A stretch of DNA of 63,172 nt, filler included. It is 8 parts of 8 records of this genome, joined end to end, with 100 filler letters (N's around TTAATTAATTAA, not from the genome) between each part and the next. Parts side by side here need not be neighbours in the genome. Positions count along the whole stretch, not along the records: positions 49,751 to 60,957 come from SRR20825015_518; positions 61,058 to 63,172 come from SRR20825015_521; 6 more parts are not named here. The stretch is one strand, 5' to 3'. Positions 52,120 to 61,084 of this stretch are shown piece after piece; positions within the stretch are counted from its first letter, which is position 1; the number at the start of each line of letters is the position of its first letter. The notes under the pieces were generated by a model. The model made no database searches. It was not told the DNA's origin and saw only the letters and a list, made by a program, of their open reading frames with translations. Both the position numbers and the translations under genes were made by a program.

Positions 52120-54187
52120 GCTTTACCTCTACGGTTCGGTTGGCGGCGGATTTTGGGATGAAGACTTCTTCACGCCCAATACCGTGCGGGCGGAGCTTGA
52201 CGGCCTGACCGGACCGCTGACTGTGCGCATCAACTCAGGTGGTGGCATCGCTTCGGACGGTCAGGCGATCTATACGATGCTGCGTGACTATCCCGATACA
52301 GTTGCGATCATCATCGATGGCGTGGCGGCCAGCGCAGCCAGCCTGATTGCGATGGCGGGCGACACGATCACGATGCGGTTGGGGTCAACAATGATGATCC
52401 ACGACCCCGCGAACCCGTGGGTCGACGGTCGCGGCACCGAGCAGGACCACCTGAACGCTGCCAAGGGCTTGAGTGTCACCAGCAACGCCTATGCTGCGGT
52501 CTACGCCAAGAAGGCGGGAATTTCGCTCGAAGCCGCGCGCGATATCATGCGGGTCGAGACCTACTACGACGGTGAAGGGGCGGTCGAAGCCGGTTTTGCC
52601 ACCGCCGTCGATGACGATGTCGAGGCTGAAGCCGTGGCGCGGTTTGATTACCGCATCTACGCGCATGCCCCCGAAAAACTGCGCAAAGCTGGCGGCGATT
52701 TTGCCGTCCAGAAAAGCAGAAAGGCCGTCATGGCCCTGATGGCCGGTATCGCCGCGCCCCAATCCAAGGAGAAGAAGATGAACAAGCGCAACAAAATGCA
52801 GGATCAGGTTGATGATGACATGACCGGCGACGAGGAAGAAATGATCGAAGACGATCAGATGGTCGAAGATGAATCCACCGAAGAAGATGCCGCTGAAGAA
52901 GAGGGCGGCGACGATGGGGTCGAAGACGACGAAGAAGCTGCAGCGAACCCAGTCGCTGCCCAGATCCGGGACGTCTGCGCTGCAGCCAACCGCCCCGATT
53001 CCGAGGCGGTCGACATGATCGTACGCGGCCTGACGTTGAACCAGGCCGTTGCTGAAATCACCACCAGCCGGGCAAAGGAGAACCCCATGAGCGGAAAACG
53101 CAACGGTGCACCGCGCACCACCATCATGCGTGATGAACGCACAACCCGCCGTACCGGCATGGCTCAGGCGATTACCGCCCAGATCATGGGGGCCACGACC
53201 GTTTCCAACATGGCACGCCCTTTCATGAACATGACGCTGGTTGAGATGGCGGCAACCTGCATCGATTACAAAGGGCCGCTGCGTAACGCAGGTCAGCGCA
53301 CGCAAGTGTTCATGGACGCCGCGCATTCCACATCGGACTTTCCGGGCATCTTCGAAAATGCCCTGAACAAGGTTCTGTTGGAACGCTACCAGCTGGCCGA
53401 GCCGACCTATCGCCGCATTGCGCGCAAGCGCAACTTCACTGACTTCCGCGTGCATCCGATGGTCCGCGCCGGTGATTTCCCCAAACTGCAGCCGATCGGC
53501 GAGAATGGTGAGATCAAGTTCGGCACCTTCGGCGAAGCCCGCGAAACGGCCCTCCTGGCACCCTACGGTGTCGGGCTGCGGATCAGCCGTCAGATGATGA
53601 TCAATGACGAGCTGGGCGCCATTGATGAAGTCTTGTCTGACTACGGCCAGTCGGTTGCGGATTTTGAAGAAGAGACCTTTTACGCATTCGCTCTGAGCTC
53701 GGCCAAGCTGTCGGACAACAAGGCGGTGTTCCATGCGGATCACAACAACCTGGCGGGCGCCGGTACCGCGATCGACGTGGACAATGTCTCGGCGGGCCGT
53801 GCTGCGATCCGCAAGCAGACCAGTGTCGATGGCAAAAAGATGAACATGTCGCCGTCCATCATCCTGGTCGGGCCCAACAAAGAGACCGAAGCCGAGCAGC
53901 TGGTCGCGGCGATCCAGCCGCAAGAAGCGGGCAAGGTGAACCCGTTCTCGGGGCGGCTGGAGCCGGTGGTCACTGCGCAGATCACGGACAATGCCTGGTT
54001 CCTGCTCGCCGGTTCCAATCGTCCCGGCGGGGCGCTGTGGACCTACGGCTATCTCGACGGTGCAGAAGCGCCCCGTGTGCGGACCGAAGAGGCCTTTGGT
54101 CAGCAGGGCATGTCGATGTCCGTCGAGCATGACTTTGGCCTGGGTGCGATCGACTATCGCGGCGGCTGGAAAAACCCCGGCGCGTAA
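52106..54187 (+). CDS. ClpP-like prohead protease/major capsid fusion protein
   Basis: N-terminal INSGGG, DGVAASAASLI and MMIH, an acidic linker, then a C-terminal capsid domain (HSTSDFP...DYRG). Start ATG at 52106 or 52109 after AAGGA. Confidence 0.9.
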   Translation: MMENELYLYGSVGGGFWDEDFFTPNTVRAELDGLTGPLTVRINSGGGIASDGQAIYTMLRDYPDTVAIIIDGVAASAASLIAMAGDTITMRLGSTMMIHDPANPWVDGRGTEQDHLNAAKGLSVTSNAYAAVYAKKAGISLEAARDIMRVETYYDGEGAVEAGFATAVDDDVEAEAVARFDYRIYAHAPEKLRKAGGDFAVQKSRKAVMALMAGIAAPQSKEKKMNKRNKMQDQVDDDMTGDEEEMIEDDQMVEDESTEEDAAEEEGGDDGVEDDEEAAANPVAAQIRDVCAAANRPDSEAVDMIVRGLTLNQAVAEITTSRAKENPMSGKRNGAPRTTIMRDERTTRRTGMAQAITAQIMGATTVSNMARPFMNMTLVEMAATCIDYKGPLRNAGQRTQVFMDAAHSTSDFPGIFENALNKVLLERYQLAEPTYRRIARKRNFTDFRVHPMVRAGDFPKLQPIGENGEIKFGTFGEARETALLAPYGVGLRISRQMMINDELGAIDEVLSDYGQSVADFEEETFYAFALSSAKLSDNKAVFHADHNNLAGAGTAIDVDNVSAGRAAIRKQTSVDGKKMNMSPSIILVGPNKETEAEQLVAAIQPQEAGKVNPFSGRLEPVVTAQITDNAWFLLAGSNRPGGALWTYGYLDGAEAPRVRTEEAFGQQGMSMSVEHDFGLGAIDYRGGWKNPGA

Positions 54188-54209
54188 TCGCTGCTGATCC
54201 CAACTGATG

Positions 54210-54248
54210 CACGAAAGGCGACCCTGACGGGTCGCCTTTCGTGGTTTT
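54210..54248 (+). terminator. Intrinsic terminator after the capsid gene
   Basis: CACGAAAGGCGACCC-TGAC-GGGTCGCCTTTCGTG (15-bp stem) followed by GTTTT. Confidence 0.8.
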
Positions 54249-54277
54249 GCAATCCTGAAACATGACTGGAATCTGAC

Positions 54278-54622
54278 ATGAAGAACTTCAAACAACTCGG
54301 CAAGATGCTGGGGATCACTGCCGCTGCGGATACCGTCAGCGGCGCTGGGGTAAAGGCTGGCGTGCTGTTCGGCGTTGCGGCGCATGATGCACTGAGTGGC
54401 GAGCCCCTGGAGATCGCGACCGAGGGCGTGTTCGATCTGCCCAAGGCAACGGGCTCCGCCTGGACTGTCGGCGCGGCAATCTACTGGAACGGCACGGCGT
54501 GCACGACGGCCGCCACGGCGGGCAACCTGCTGATCGGGTGTGCGACTGAGGCTGCGCTTAGCGCTGCTGCCCTGGGCAGCGTGCGCCTGAACGGCTCCGT
54601 GCCGGCCGCTGTCACCGCGTGA
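54278..54622 (+). CDS. DUF2190 capsid cement/decoration-like protein
   Basis: Motifs MKNF.Q.G, FGVA, EGVFDLPK and VRLNG. Confidence 0.85.
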   Translation: MKNFKQLGKMLGITAAADTVSGAGVKAGVLFGVAAHDALSGEPLEIATEGVFDLPKATGSAWTVGAAIYWNGTACTTAATAGNLLIGCATEAALSAAALGSVRLNGSVPAAVTA

Positions 54623-54951
54623 CGGCGATCTTTGATGGGATGGCGGGTGTTATGGCCGAAAGTTTCGGCGCGCCCGTCATCTACACACCAAAGGATGGCG
54701 ATCCTGTTACCGTGACAGCCATCTTGCGTGAAGGCCCGATAGAAGTTGCTGGTGAAGATGGCCGCGCAGTCCTGATCATGTCGCCGTCTTTGCAGGTGCC
54801 CAAGAATGTGTTGCCCGATATCGCACGCGAAGACCGCGTCGCATCTCTGGCAGAGCCGGACAAGGTGTACATCGTGTTGAACGCTATGCCGAACGGGTCG
54901 CCTGCCTCTGATGCGATGATCATCTGCGAGCTTGAATTGGGCTTTGACTGA
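54619..54951 (+). CDS. Head-tail joining protein (gpFII-like)
   Basis: Position, 110-aa size, beta-rich sequence and GTGA coupling. Confidence 0.6.
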   Translation: MTAIFDGMAGVMAESFGAPVIYTPKDGDPVTVTAILREGPIEVAGEDGRAVLIMSPSLQVPKNVLPDIAREDRVASLAEPDKVYIVLNAMPNGSPASDAMIICELELGFD

Positions 54952-55370
54952 TGCATTACCGCACGACATATCGCGGCGTGCTCAGAATGGCGCTGATGGC
55001 CGACCCTGCATTTGCCGATTTCACAGTGTTGTCTGCGTGGGCCCAAAACATCGACAGCAAAACACTCCCGGTGCTGGCGGTCGCGACGCCGCGTGAAACC
55101 AAAGACATCGACAGCCATACAAGCAGCCTTCGGGATACGCAGGTTGTCGTGTTGGCCAAGATCAATGGGGGTGACGACCTCGAAGATGAATTGGATGATC
55201 TGAGTGTCGTGATCGAGAGTGCCACGATCACCGCCCTGGATACCGAACAGCGTCAGTGCCAGCTGAGCAGCACCGAAATTAAGGTTGATGGGGCCGGTGA
55301 AAGCCGCGTCGGCAGCCTGACCATGACCTTCAGCGTTAGCCGGTGGCTCGCAGAGCCACTGAGCGACTGA
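54951..55370 (+). CDS. Tail terminator-like protein (gpU-like)
   Basis: Position before the tail tube, LPVLAV.T..E and EDELDD helix. Confidence 0.55.
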   Translation: MHYRTTYRGVLRMALMADPAFADFTVLSAWAQNIDSKTLPVLAVATPRETKDIDSHTSSLRDTQVVVLAKINGGDDLEDELDDLSVVIESATITALDTEQRQCQLSSTEIKVDGAGESRVGSLTMTFSVSRWLAEPLSD

Positions 55371-55419
55371 TCCACCGCCGCGTGCGGCGCCACCAACATC
55401 GAAACAAGGAGAAAGACCA

Positions 55420-55848
55420 ATGTCTGCAAGCAGCGGGGCCGTAAGAGGCTATCAATCAACCGTCAAAATTATCGTGGGCGAGGATCCTGATGATGTCACG
55501 ACGCAGATTCTGGGCATTTCTGAATTTGAATTTCCGGATCAAACCCGACCAAATGTTGATGCTACTCATTTGAATTCGCCAAATGACACTGAGGAGCATA
55601 TTCCTGATATGAAGGTTGCTCCGACCTGGGCGTTGAACCACCATTACGTTCCCGGCAGCGACATGGATGTGGCTCTCTCCGGTGTTGAAGCCAGCATGGA
55701 AGACTTCATCCTGGAAATCACAGCTGTTGGTGCTGATCCGGTTCAATATGTGGCCTACCTCAACGGCTATCGACCCACAGGGATTTCGCCCAAGGGGATC
55801 ATGATGGCCACCTCGACGTTCACGGTCAAAGCTAAGATTGAGGCATGA
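55420..55848 (+). CDS. Tail tube protein
   Basis: Motif VDATHLNSP...EHIP and an AAGGAG RBS. Confidence 0.8.
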   Translation: MSASSGAVRGYQSTVKIIVGEDPDDVTTQILGISEFEFPDQTRPNVDATHLNSPNDTEEHIPDMKVAPTWALNHHYVPGSDMDVALSGVEASMEDFILEITAVGADPVQYVAYLNGYRPTGISPKGIMMATSTFTVKAKIEA

Positions 55849-55853
55849 ACTGA

Positions 55854-56201
55854 ATGGCGAACTACATCAAAGGTGAAGTGGCCGTCCAGGCCGACGGCAA
55901 AACGTGGACGCTGCTTTGCGATATGAATGCACTCTGTGAGTTTGAGGGAAAATCCGGCAAGTCAGCAACCGAATTTCTCGAAGCCATCGAGGACGAAAAA
56001 GACTTCAAGATGACAGACTTGCGCATTCTGGTTTGGGCGATGCTTCTTGAGCACCATCCGGATGCGACCATCAGGGACGCCGGTAAGGTTATGTCGGCGG
56101 ACGGAGATGCATTCCAGAAAGCACTGGATCGTGCATTTCCGGATGCGGAATCTGTCGAGGATGATGCTGTGCCGGGGGAAGCGACAGCAGCGCGGGGCTG
56201 A
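55854..56201 (+). CDS. Tail assembly chaperone (gpG-like)
   Basis: Lies between tail tube and tape measure, has D.NALCE.E, and ends PGE at a slippery site. Confidence 0.8.
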   Translation: MANYIKGEVAVQADGKTWTLLCDMNALCEFEGKSGKSATEFLEAIEDEKDFKMTDLRILVWAMLLEHHPDATIRDAGKVMSADGDAFQKALDRAFPDAESVEDDAVPGEATAARG

Positions 56202-56515
56202 ACATCCCCGCGCTGCTGTCGCGATACATCGCGGTGGGACTAGATCCCGCTGCGTTCTGGTCTCTGACACCTCGCATGTGCCTGTTGCATATCAAAGGTG
56301 CGGCGCAAGGAATCAGAGAGTGTCATGCGCTGCGTGCGGAGGCCGTTTGGGTTGGCATGCACGCTAATCAAACTGAACTGAACCGATTTATGGATCGCGC
56401 GATGGGGCGGGACACAGCTCTGCCACCGTCAGCGCTGGCGGGAATGCTACGGTCCGCTTCGGCGAGCCTGAAAACAATTACAATGGCGGAATTTCGAATG
56501 GGCAAGGGGCGGTAG
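56174..56515 (+). CDS. gpT-like -1 frame extension of the tail chaperone
   Basis: The -1 frame is open from the slippery site to 56515 and contains GLDP..FWSLTPR. No evident RBS of its own. Confidence 0.75.
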   Translation, partial: GGSDSSAGLNIPALLSRYIAVGLDPAAFWSLTPRMCLLHIKGAAQGIRECHALRAEAVWVGMHANQTELNRFMDRAMGRDTALPPSALAGMLRSASASLKTITMAEFRMGKGR

Positions 56516-58561
56516 ATGTCGAAGTTGGTAGGAAATCTCCGGGCACGCCTTGGGCTCGATGCTGGGCAATTCAACCGCGGCTTGGATCAGGCTCAATCCA
56601 GAACGCGCCGATTTGCATCTGCCGTTGGTCGAAACGTGGCGCTGGCTGCGGCAGCAATGACGGCAGCCGCTGTCGCGGGCATTGCTGCAATGACACGGCA
56701 ATCAATGCAGTTTGTTGACGAGCAGGCGAAAGTGGCCCGCACTATCGACGGATCGATCGACGGGCTTCGCGCGTTGCAAATTGCCGCGGGTGATGCTGGC
56801 GTTGCCAGTGCGGACTTAAACAAGTCTATGCAGATGATCGGCGCGCGGTTGGTCGAGGCCAAAGTAAAGGGTGGTGCATCTGCAAAAGCATTGGACCGGC
56901 TGGGTCTGAGCGCAGATGCTTTGTTGAAAGTTGATGCCGACAAACGGCTGGCCATGATGGCGGACCGGGTAAAGGAGCTTGGCTGGTCATCCGGGCAAAC
57001 AACGCAGTTCCTTATGGACATGGGTGTGCGCAGCAAGGAAATGGCGCTGCTCATGACCCAGGGCGGCGATGCCATTCGCGAGGCCCGCCAAGAAGTTGAG
57101 GACATGGGGTTATCGTTGTCTTCAGTCGATGCCGCCAAGGTCGAGGCCGCCAACGACGCGATGAGTCGGATCAAGTTGTCAACAGAAGCGGTGGGCAACC
57201 GGCTGGCTGTAGCCTTTGCGCCTGCATTGCAGAAGATTGCGCAAATGTTCAATGAAGGTATGCGATCTGGCGGTGGTTTTCGCGAGATGATCGATCTGAT
57301 CGGAGCGCGAATAACCGCCTTCATTAGTCTTGCCGCAGATGTCGGGACGCTAATTCGGGCGGCTGTCTCGGCCATAAAAGATTTTACTGCTGAAGGCGGC
57401 AAGATGTCGGCTGTTTCAGGAGTGATCGAACAGATCGTCGCACCGCTGATCAACGTAATTAATGGCGTGCGTGAAGCAATTAGTATTATGGCTCATTTGG
57501 TGCGAACCACAGGTGGGTTTGGTGGTGCCTTGAGTGCGTTGGCCCCAGTCGCTGAAGAGGTTTGGCAGCGCATCGGCGATGGGATCGATTATGTTCGCGC
57601 AGCTGTGGCTGTCGTGAAAAATAAGATGGTGGCAATTTTCTATGCTGGCTTGCGAAAGATGGCCGGGGCTTGGGTGGATTTCACCTGGGCAATTGCTGAT
57701 GGTATCAACGCATTGTTCGGTTCAAACATGGTGGGCGCGTCTTCGGTTGTGACCCAAGAATTGGGACTGGCTGAACAGGCCGCTGATAGACTTGCAGTAA
57801 GTGCAGGCAGGGCAATGAAGAGCGCGGCCAGCAGCTTTGGGGCGCCGTTGAAGTCGGTTGAGGCGCTGCGGGCATCGGTAAAGTCAACTACGGAGGAAGC
57901 GAAAAGTGGTCTGGATGAGACTGCCGATGCCGCGAGAAATCTGGGTGAGGCGTTTGATGATGCATCTGGGGGCGGTGGGGCTGCTGGCAAGGTGGAAAAG
58001 GTCAAGGCCGCTGTTGATAAGCTCAACGAACGCTTGAAGCCACTGAAGGAAAGCCTGCGAACCACATTTTCCGATGCTATTTTTGGTGCAAAAAGCTTAG
58101 GTGAAGCGATTGGGGATCTGCTTAAGCAGTTTGGAAAGATGATTTTCGATAGGGGTTTCAATGAGTTATTCGATAGTATCGCCGGTAGCTTGTTTGGCGG
58201 TAGCGACGGGGGTGGATCCAAAGGAGGTTTAGGTAAATTCTTAAGTAATCTGCTTTCGTTTGATGGCGGGGGCTTCACCGGTGTGGGCGCAAGAACCGGC
58301 GGGCTAGACGGTCAGGGCGGATTCCTCGCGGTGATGCACCCGAATGAAACCGTCATAGATCACACAAGATCTGGCAGCAGCCAATTGGGCGGAACCGCCA
58401 CATTGAGGGTTATCTTGCCAGCCGGGGTTTCTGTCGAGCAGCGTGGTGAAATGCGCAACATTGCCGTTCAGGTTACATCCGAGGGCATCAGCAGCTATGA
58501 TCGCCAGACGCTGCCCGGCAGTGTCCAGCGGATTAACGGCGACAAAAGGCGGAGGGGTTGA
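56516..58561 (+). CDS. Tape measure protein
   Basis: 681 aa, Ala/Gly-rich, VGNLRARLGLD start and C-terminal FDGGGFTG...HPNETV. Confidence 0.88.
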   Translation: MSKLVGNLRARLGLDAGQFNRGLDQAQSRTRRFASAVGRNVALAAAAMTAAAVAGIAAMTRQSMQFVDEQAKVARTIDGSIDGLRALQIAAGDAGVASADLNKSMQMIGARLVEAKVKGGASAKALDRLGLSADALLKVDADKRLAMMADRVKELGWSSGQTTQFLMDMGVRSKEMALLMTQGGDAIREARQEVEDMGLSLSSVDAAKVEAANDAMSRIKLSTEAVGNRLAVAFAPALQKIAQMFNEGMRSGGGFREMIDLIGARITAFISLAADVGTLIRAAVSAIKDFTAEGGKMSAVSGVIEQIVAPLINVINGVREAISIMAHLVRTTGGFGGALSALAPVAEEVWQRIGDGIDYVRAAVAVVKNKMVAIFYAGLRKMAGAWVDFTWAIADGINALFGSNMVGASSVVTQELGLAEQAADRLAVSAGRAMKSAASSFGAPLKSVEALRASVKSTTEEAKSGLDETADAARNLGEAFDDASGGGGAAGKVEKVKAAVDKLNERLKPLKESLRTTFSDAIFGAKSLGEAIGDLLKQFGKMIFDRGFNELFDSIAGSLFGGSDGGGSKGGLGKFLSNLLSFDGGGFTGVGARTGGLDGQGGFLAVMHPNETVIDHTRSGSSQLGGTATLRVILPAGVSVEQRGEMRNIAVQVTSEGISSYDRQTLPGSVQRINGDKRRRG

Positions 58562-59220
58562 TGCCGCTGTCATATCCAATCTCTTTGGCCTTGTTTCAGG
58601 ACAAGTTCAAAATCTCTATGGCCGCGTTCTTTGTGAACAGTCCCCGTCAGATTGACCGGACCGCCGGCGGATCGCAAAACTCGGCATCGCTTGGTGACGC
58701 GGTCTGGCGTGGATCGTTCTCTGTGCCTCCGACGAACAAGAGATCGGTGTCGGCCGCATTGGACGCACTGCTGTCGGTTCTCGATCGCGCCGGATCCAGC
58801 TTTCTGGTTTACGATCCCAGCAAGTGCTTTCCGGCTGAAGATCCTGGCGGATCGATCCTGGGCGGTGCGAATGTCACCATCGGCTCTCTAAGTGGTTCAG
58901 ACGCGCGCCTGATGTCGCTGTCAGGATTGCCCGCGTCCTATCAGCTGCGCGCCGGTGATCTGCTGGGCTTTACCTATGGCAGCAGTCCCACACGGTATGC
59001 GTTGCATCGGCTGGTCGAAGACGTGAAGGCCAGCGGGGCTGGCAGCACCTCGTTGTTCGAGGTCACGCCGTTTATTTCACCGTTGGCCACATCCGGCGCA
59101 ACTGTGTCGTTGGTTAAACCTGTGATGAAAGCGGTGCTTTCCCCGGATCCGGACTTCGGATCGCACCGGGCTGCGATATCCAGCAGCAAGCAGTTCTCAT
59201 TCGTGCAGACGCTGAGGTAA
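58561..59220 (+). CDS. Distal tail-like protein
   Basis: Directly after the tape measure gene with TGATG coupling. Function assigned by position. Confidence 0.55.
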   Translation: MPLSYPISLALFQDKFKISMAAFFVNSPRQIDRTAGGSQNSASLGDAVWRGSFSVPPTNKRSVSAALDALLSVLDRAGSSFLVYDPSKCFPAEDPGGSILGGANVTIGSLSGSDARLMSLSGLPASYQLRAGDLLGFTYGSSPTRYALHRLVEDVKASGAGSTSLFEVTPFISPLATSGATVSLVKPVMKAVLSPDPDFGSHRAAISSSKQFSFVQTLR

Positions 59221-59223
59221 TTC

Positions 59224-59916
59224 ATGCGAGATTATGGAACGGAAGTTGAGGCGCATCTTGCGTCCACATCAGGCGTGGCCGTGCGTCACCTGGTCTGGAT
59301 CGAAGCCCGAAACCGCAGCACCGGGTTGGTTGAAGCGACCGGTTTCTGGAACGGCCTCGATGTGCGCAGCTTTGATATTGGCGGCGTAACGAGATCCTAC
59401 GCGGGCGCCGGTACCTTGCTGGGCATCTCCCCGATCATTGGTGAAGTTGGGCTGCAGGTCAGGATGCAGCAGGTCAGCCTTTCGCGTGTTCCGCCAGAGG
59501 TCACCCAGCTCATACATGGTTATGACGCGCGGCTGGCGCCGATCGAGGTCCACCGCGTCTTCTTCGATCCACAAAAGGGCGTGCCCATCGGTGACCCGGT
59601 GCGCGTGCTGAAGGGGTGGGTTGATGAGATGCCCGTGCCGACTGCCGCTGAAGGCGGCACGGAAACCGTCACTGTCACCGTGGCATCGGCTTCGCGTGCG
59701 CTCACGAAGACCTTGACCGTCAAGAAGTCAGACGAAGCGCAACGCCGCATTAGCGCGACCGATAGAGGCCGTGAATATGCGGCGATCTCGGGCGCTGTCG
59801 GCGTGTTCTGGGGCGTGAAAAACACCCGCGCAACGCCGCCGCCAACTACGACAGTGCCCGAAGGGGAAGGGCAGTCCACAACGGGTATTGGAGCTATTTT
59901 TGATGTCTCGCGTTGA
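59224..59916 (+). CDS. Minor tail/baseplate hub-like protein
   Basis: Position and motifs GFW.G, Y.GAG and S...Q......D. Confidence 0.55.
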   Translation: MRDYGTEVEAHLASTSGVAVRHLVWIEARNRSTGLVEATGFWNGLDVRSFDIGGVTRSYAGAGTLLGISPIIGEVGLQVRMQQVSLSRVPPEVTQLIHGYDARLAPIEVHRVFFDPQKGVPIGDPVRVLKGWVDEMPVPTAAEGGTETVTVTVASASRALTKTLTVKKSDEAQRRISATDRGREYAAISGAVGVFWGVKNTRATPPPTTTVPEGEGQSTTGIGAIFDVSR

Positions 59917-60286
59917 AAAACTGAACGCGTACCTGGGAAGCGTGCGCCGGCGCCGGTTTCGGCCGGGGTCGCACGACTGCGGCATGTACGCGGCCGGTTG
60001 GGTGAAATCCGCAACCAGTGTGGATCACGGCAAGATCTGGCGCGGCCGATATCGCAGTATGGCGGCGCTCGATGAGCTTATGAACGAAGCCGGGTTCGCC
60101 ACTCACGTCGACTATGTCGCGTCGTTGTTCGTCGAGATCCCGCCTGCATTGGCGCAGGTTGGCGATTTGGCGGTGGTCGAGGGCCGCGCGCTTGGCATCA
60201 TCGCTGCCGATCGTGTGTTTGTGCTGCGCCCGGATGGATTGGGTCACCTGTCCCGTCTGCGCGCGGAAAGGGCATTCCGGATATGA
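59903..60286 (+). CDS. NlpC/P60-like tail assembly peptidase (gpK-like)
   Basis: F.PG.HDC motif and AQVGDLAV. Confidence 0.65.
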   Translation: MSRVEKLNAYLGSVRRRRFRPGSHDCGMYAAGWVKSATSVDHGKIWRGRYRSMAALDELMNEAGFATHVDYVASLFVEIPPALAQVGDLAVVEGRALGIIAADRVFVLRPDGLGHLSRLRAERAFRI

Positions 60287-60957
60287 TCCTGTTTTTTTCT
60301 CTCGTTCTTGCTCTGATCGTCGCGCCCGGCGTTGCGATGGCCGATCCGATATCTGCCCTGACGACATTGATTGCGGGTGCCCTTGGGGGCAGTGCACTTG
60401 CTGTTACGATTGCCAGCTTCGCGACTCGGCTGATCTTCGGGGCGATTGTATCTCTGGTCGGTCAGCTCTTCGCTGAAAAGCCAAAAGGCATCAAGCCGCA
60501 GGGCATCCAGACCGAGCAGACAACCACGGGCGATACGACACCCCAGAAGTTCATTGTTGGCCGTTATGCTGCCGAGGGCCATGCGGTTGCACCGGCCTAT
60601 TCTCGCAGCAACGACAATCACATCCTGACCTATATTCTTGAGGTCTCGAACATCCCGATCAAGGGGTTGACCGGACGTGTGATCATTGACGGGCAGTACA
60701 CTGATCTGACGCCTGGTGAGGACGATGCTTCGCGTCTGGATTTCTCTACGTTGGGGGTGAATGACCTTGGTAACCCACGCGGCTGGCTATGGTTCTTTGA
60801 TGGCAAGCAGACCACCGCGTTTAATCAGCTCGTGAATTTCTACGGTGAGCATCCAGACCGCCCCTGGACCAACAATCATATTCTGCAAGGCACCGCTTAT
60901 GCGGTGCTGGAGTTCGCGCTCGATCGAGAGATCTACACCGGTCTGCCTTCCGTCCGT
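60283..60957 (+). CDS. Tail tip/host specificity protein, N-terminal part (truncated)
   Basis: Position, hydrophobic N-terminus, P..FIVGR and W...H.L.G.AY. Confidence 0.7.
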
Positions 60958-61057
60958 NNNNNNNNNNNNNNNNNNNNNNNNNNNNNNNNNNNNNNNNNNN
61001 NTTAATTAATTAANNNNNNNNNNNNNNNNNNNNNNNNNNNNNNNNNNNNNNNNNNNN

Positions 61058-61084
61058 CTGCTGCTGCTGCTGCTGCTGCTGCTG
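61058..61084. repeat. (CTG)9 microsatellite at contig edge
   Basis: Read directly. Encodes poly-Ser in the minus-strand ORF. Confidence 0.95.

Larger units (their letters stand above)
49751..60957 (+). mobile_element. Lambda-like siphovirus/prophage morphogenesis module (partial)
   Basis: Co-directional, tightly coupled genes: terminase, gpW-like, portal, protease/capsid, head-tail, tail tube, chaperones, tape measure and tail tip. Confidence 0.92.

Noticed and set aside
52385-54385. 666-aa antisense ORF opposite the capsid gene
   Set aside because: It is a shadow ORF from biased codon usage in GC-rich DNA, with no recognisable motifs. The same applies to other long antisense ORFs such as 28162-29151, 39125-40093 and 1524-2405.
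49751-60957. Gene transfer agent (RcGTA) cluster
   Set aside because: The gpA-type terminase, gpW, lambda-family portal, ClpP-capsid fusion and 681-aa tape measure differ from the HK97-type portal/protease and short TMP of RcGTA.
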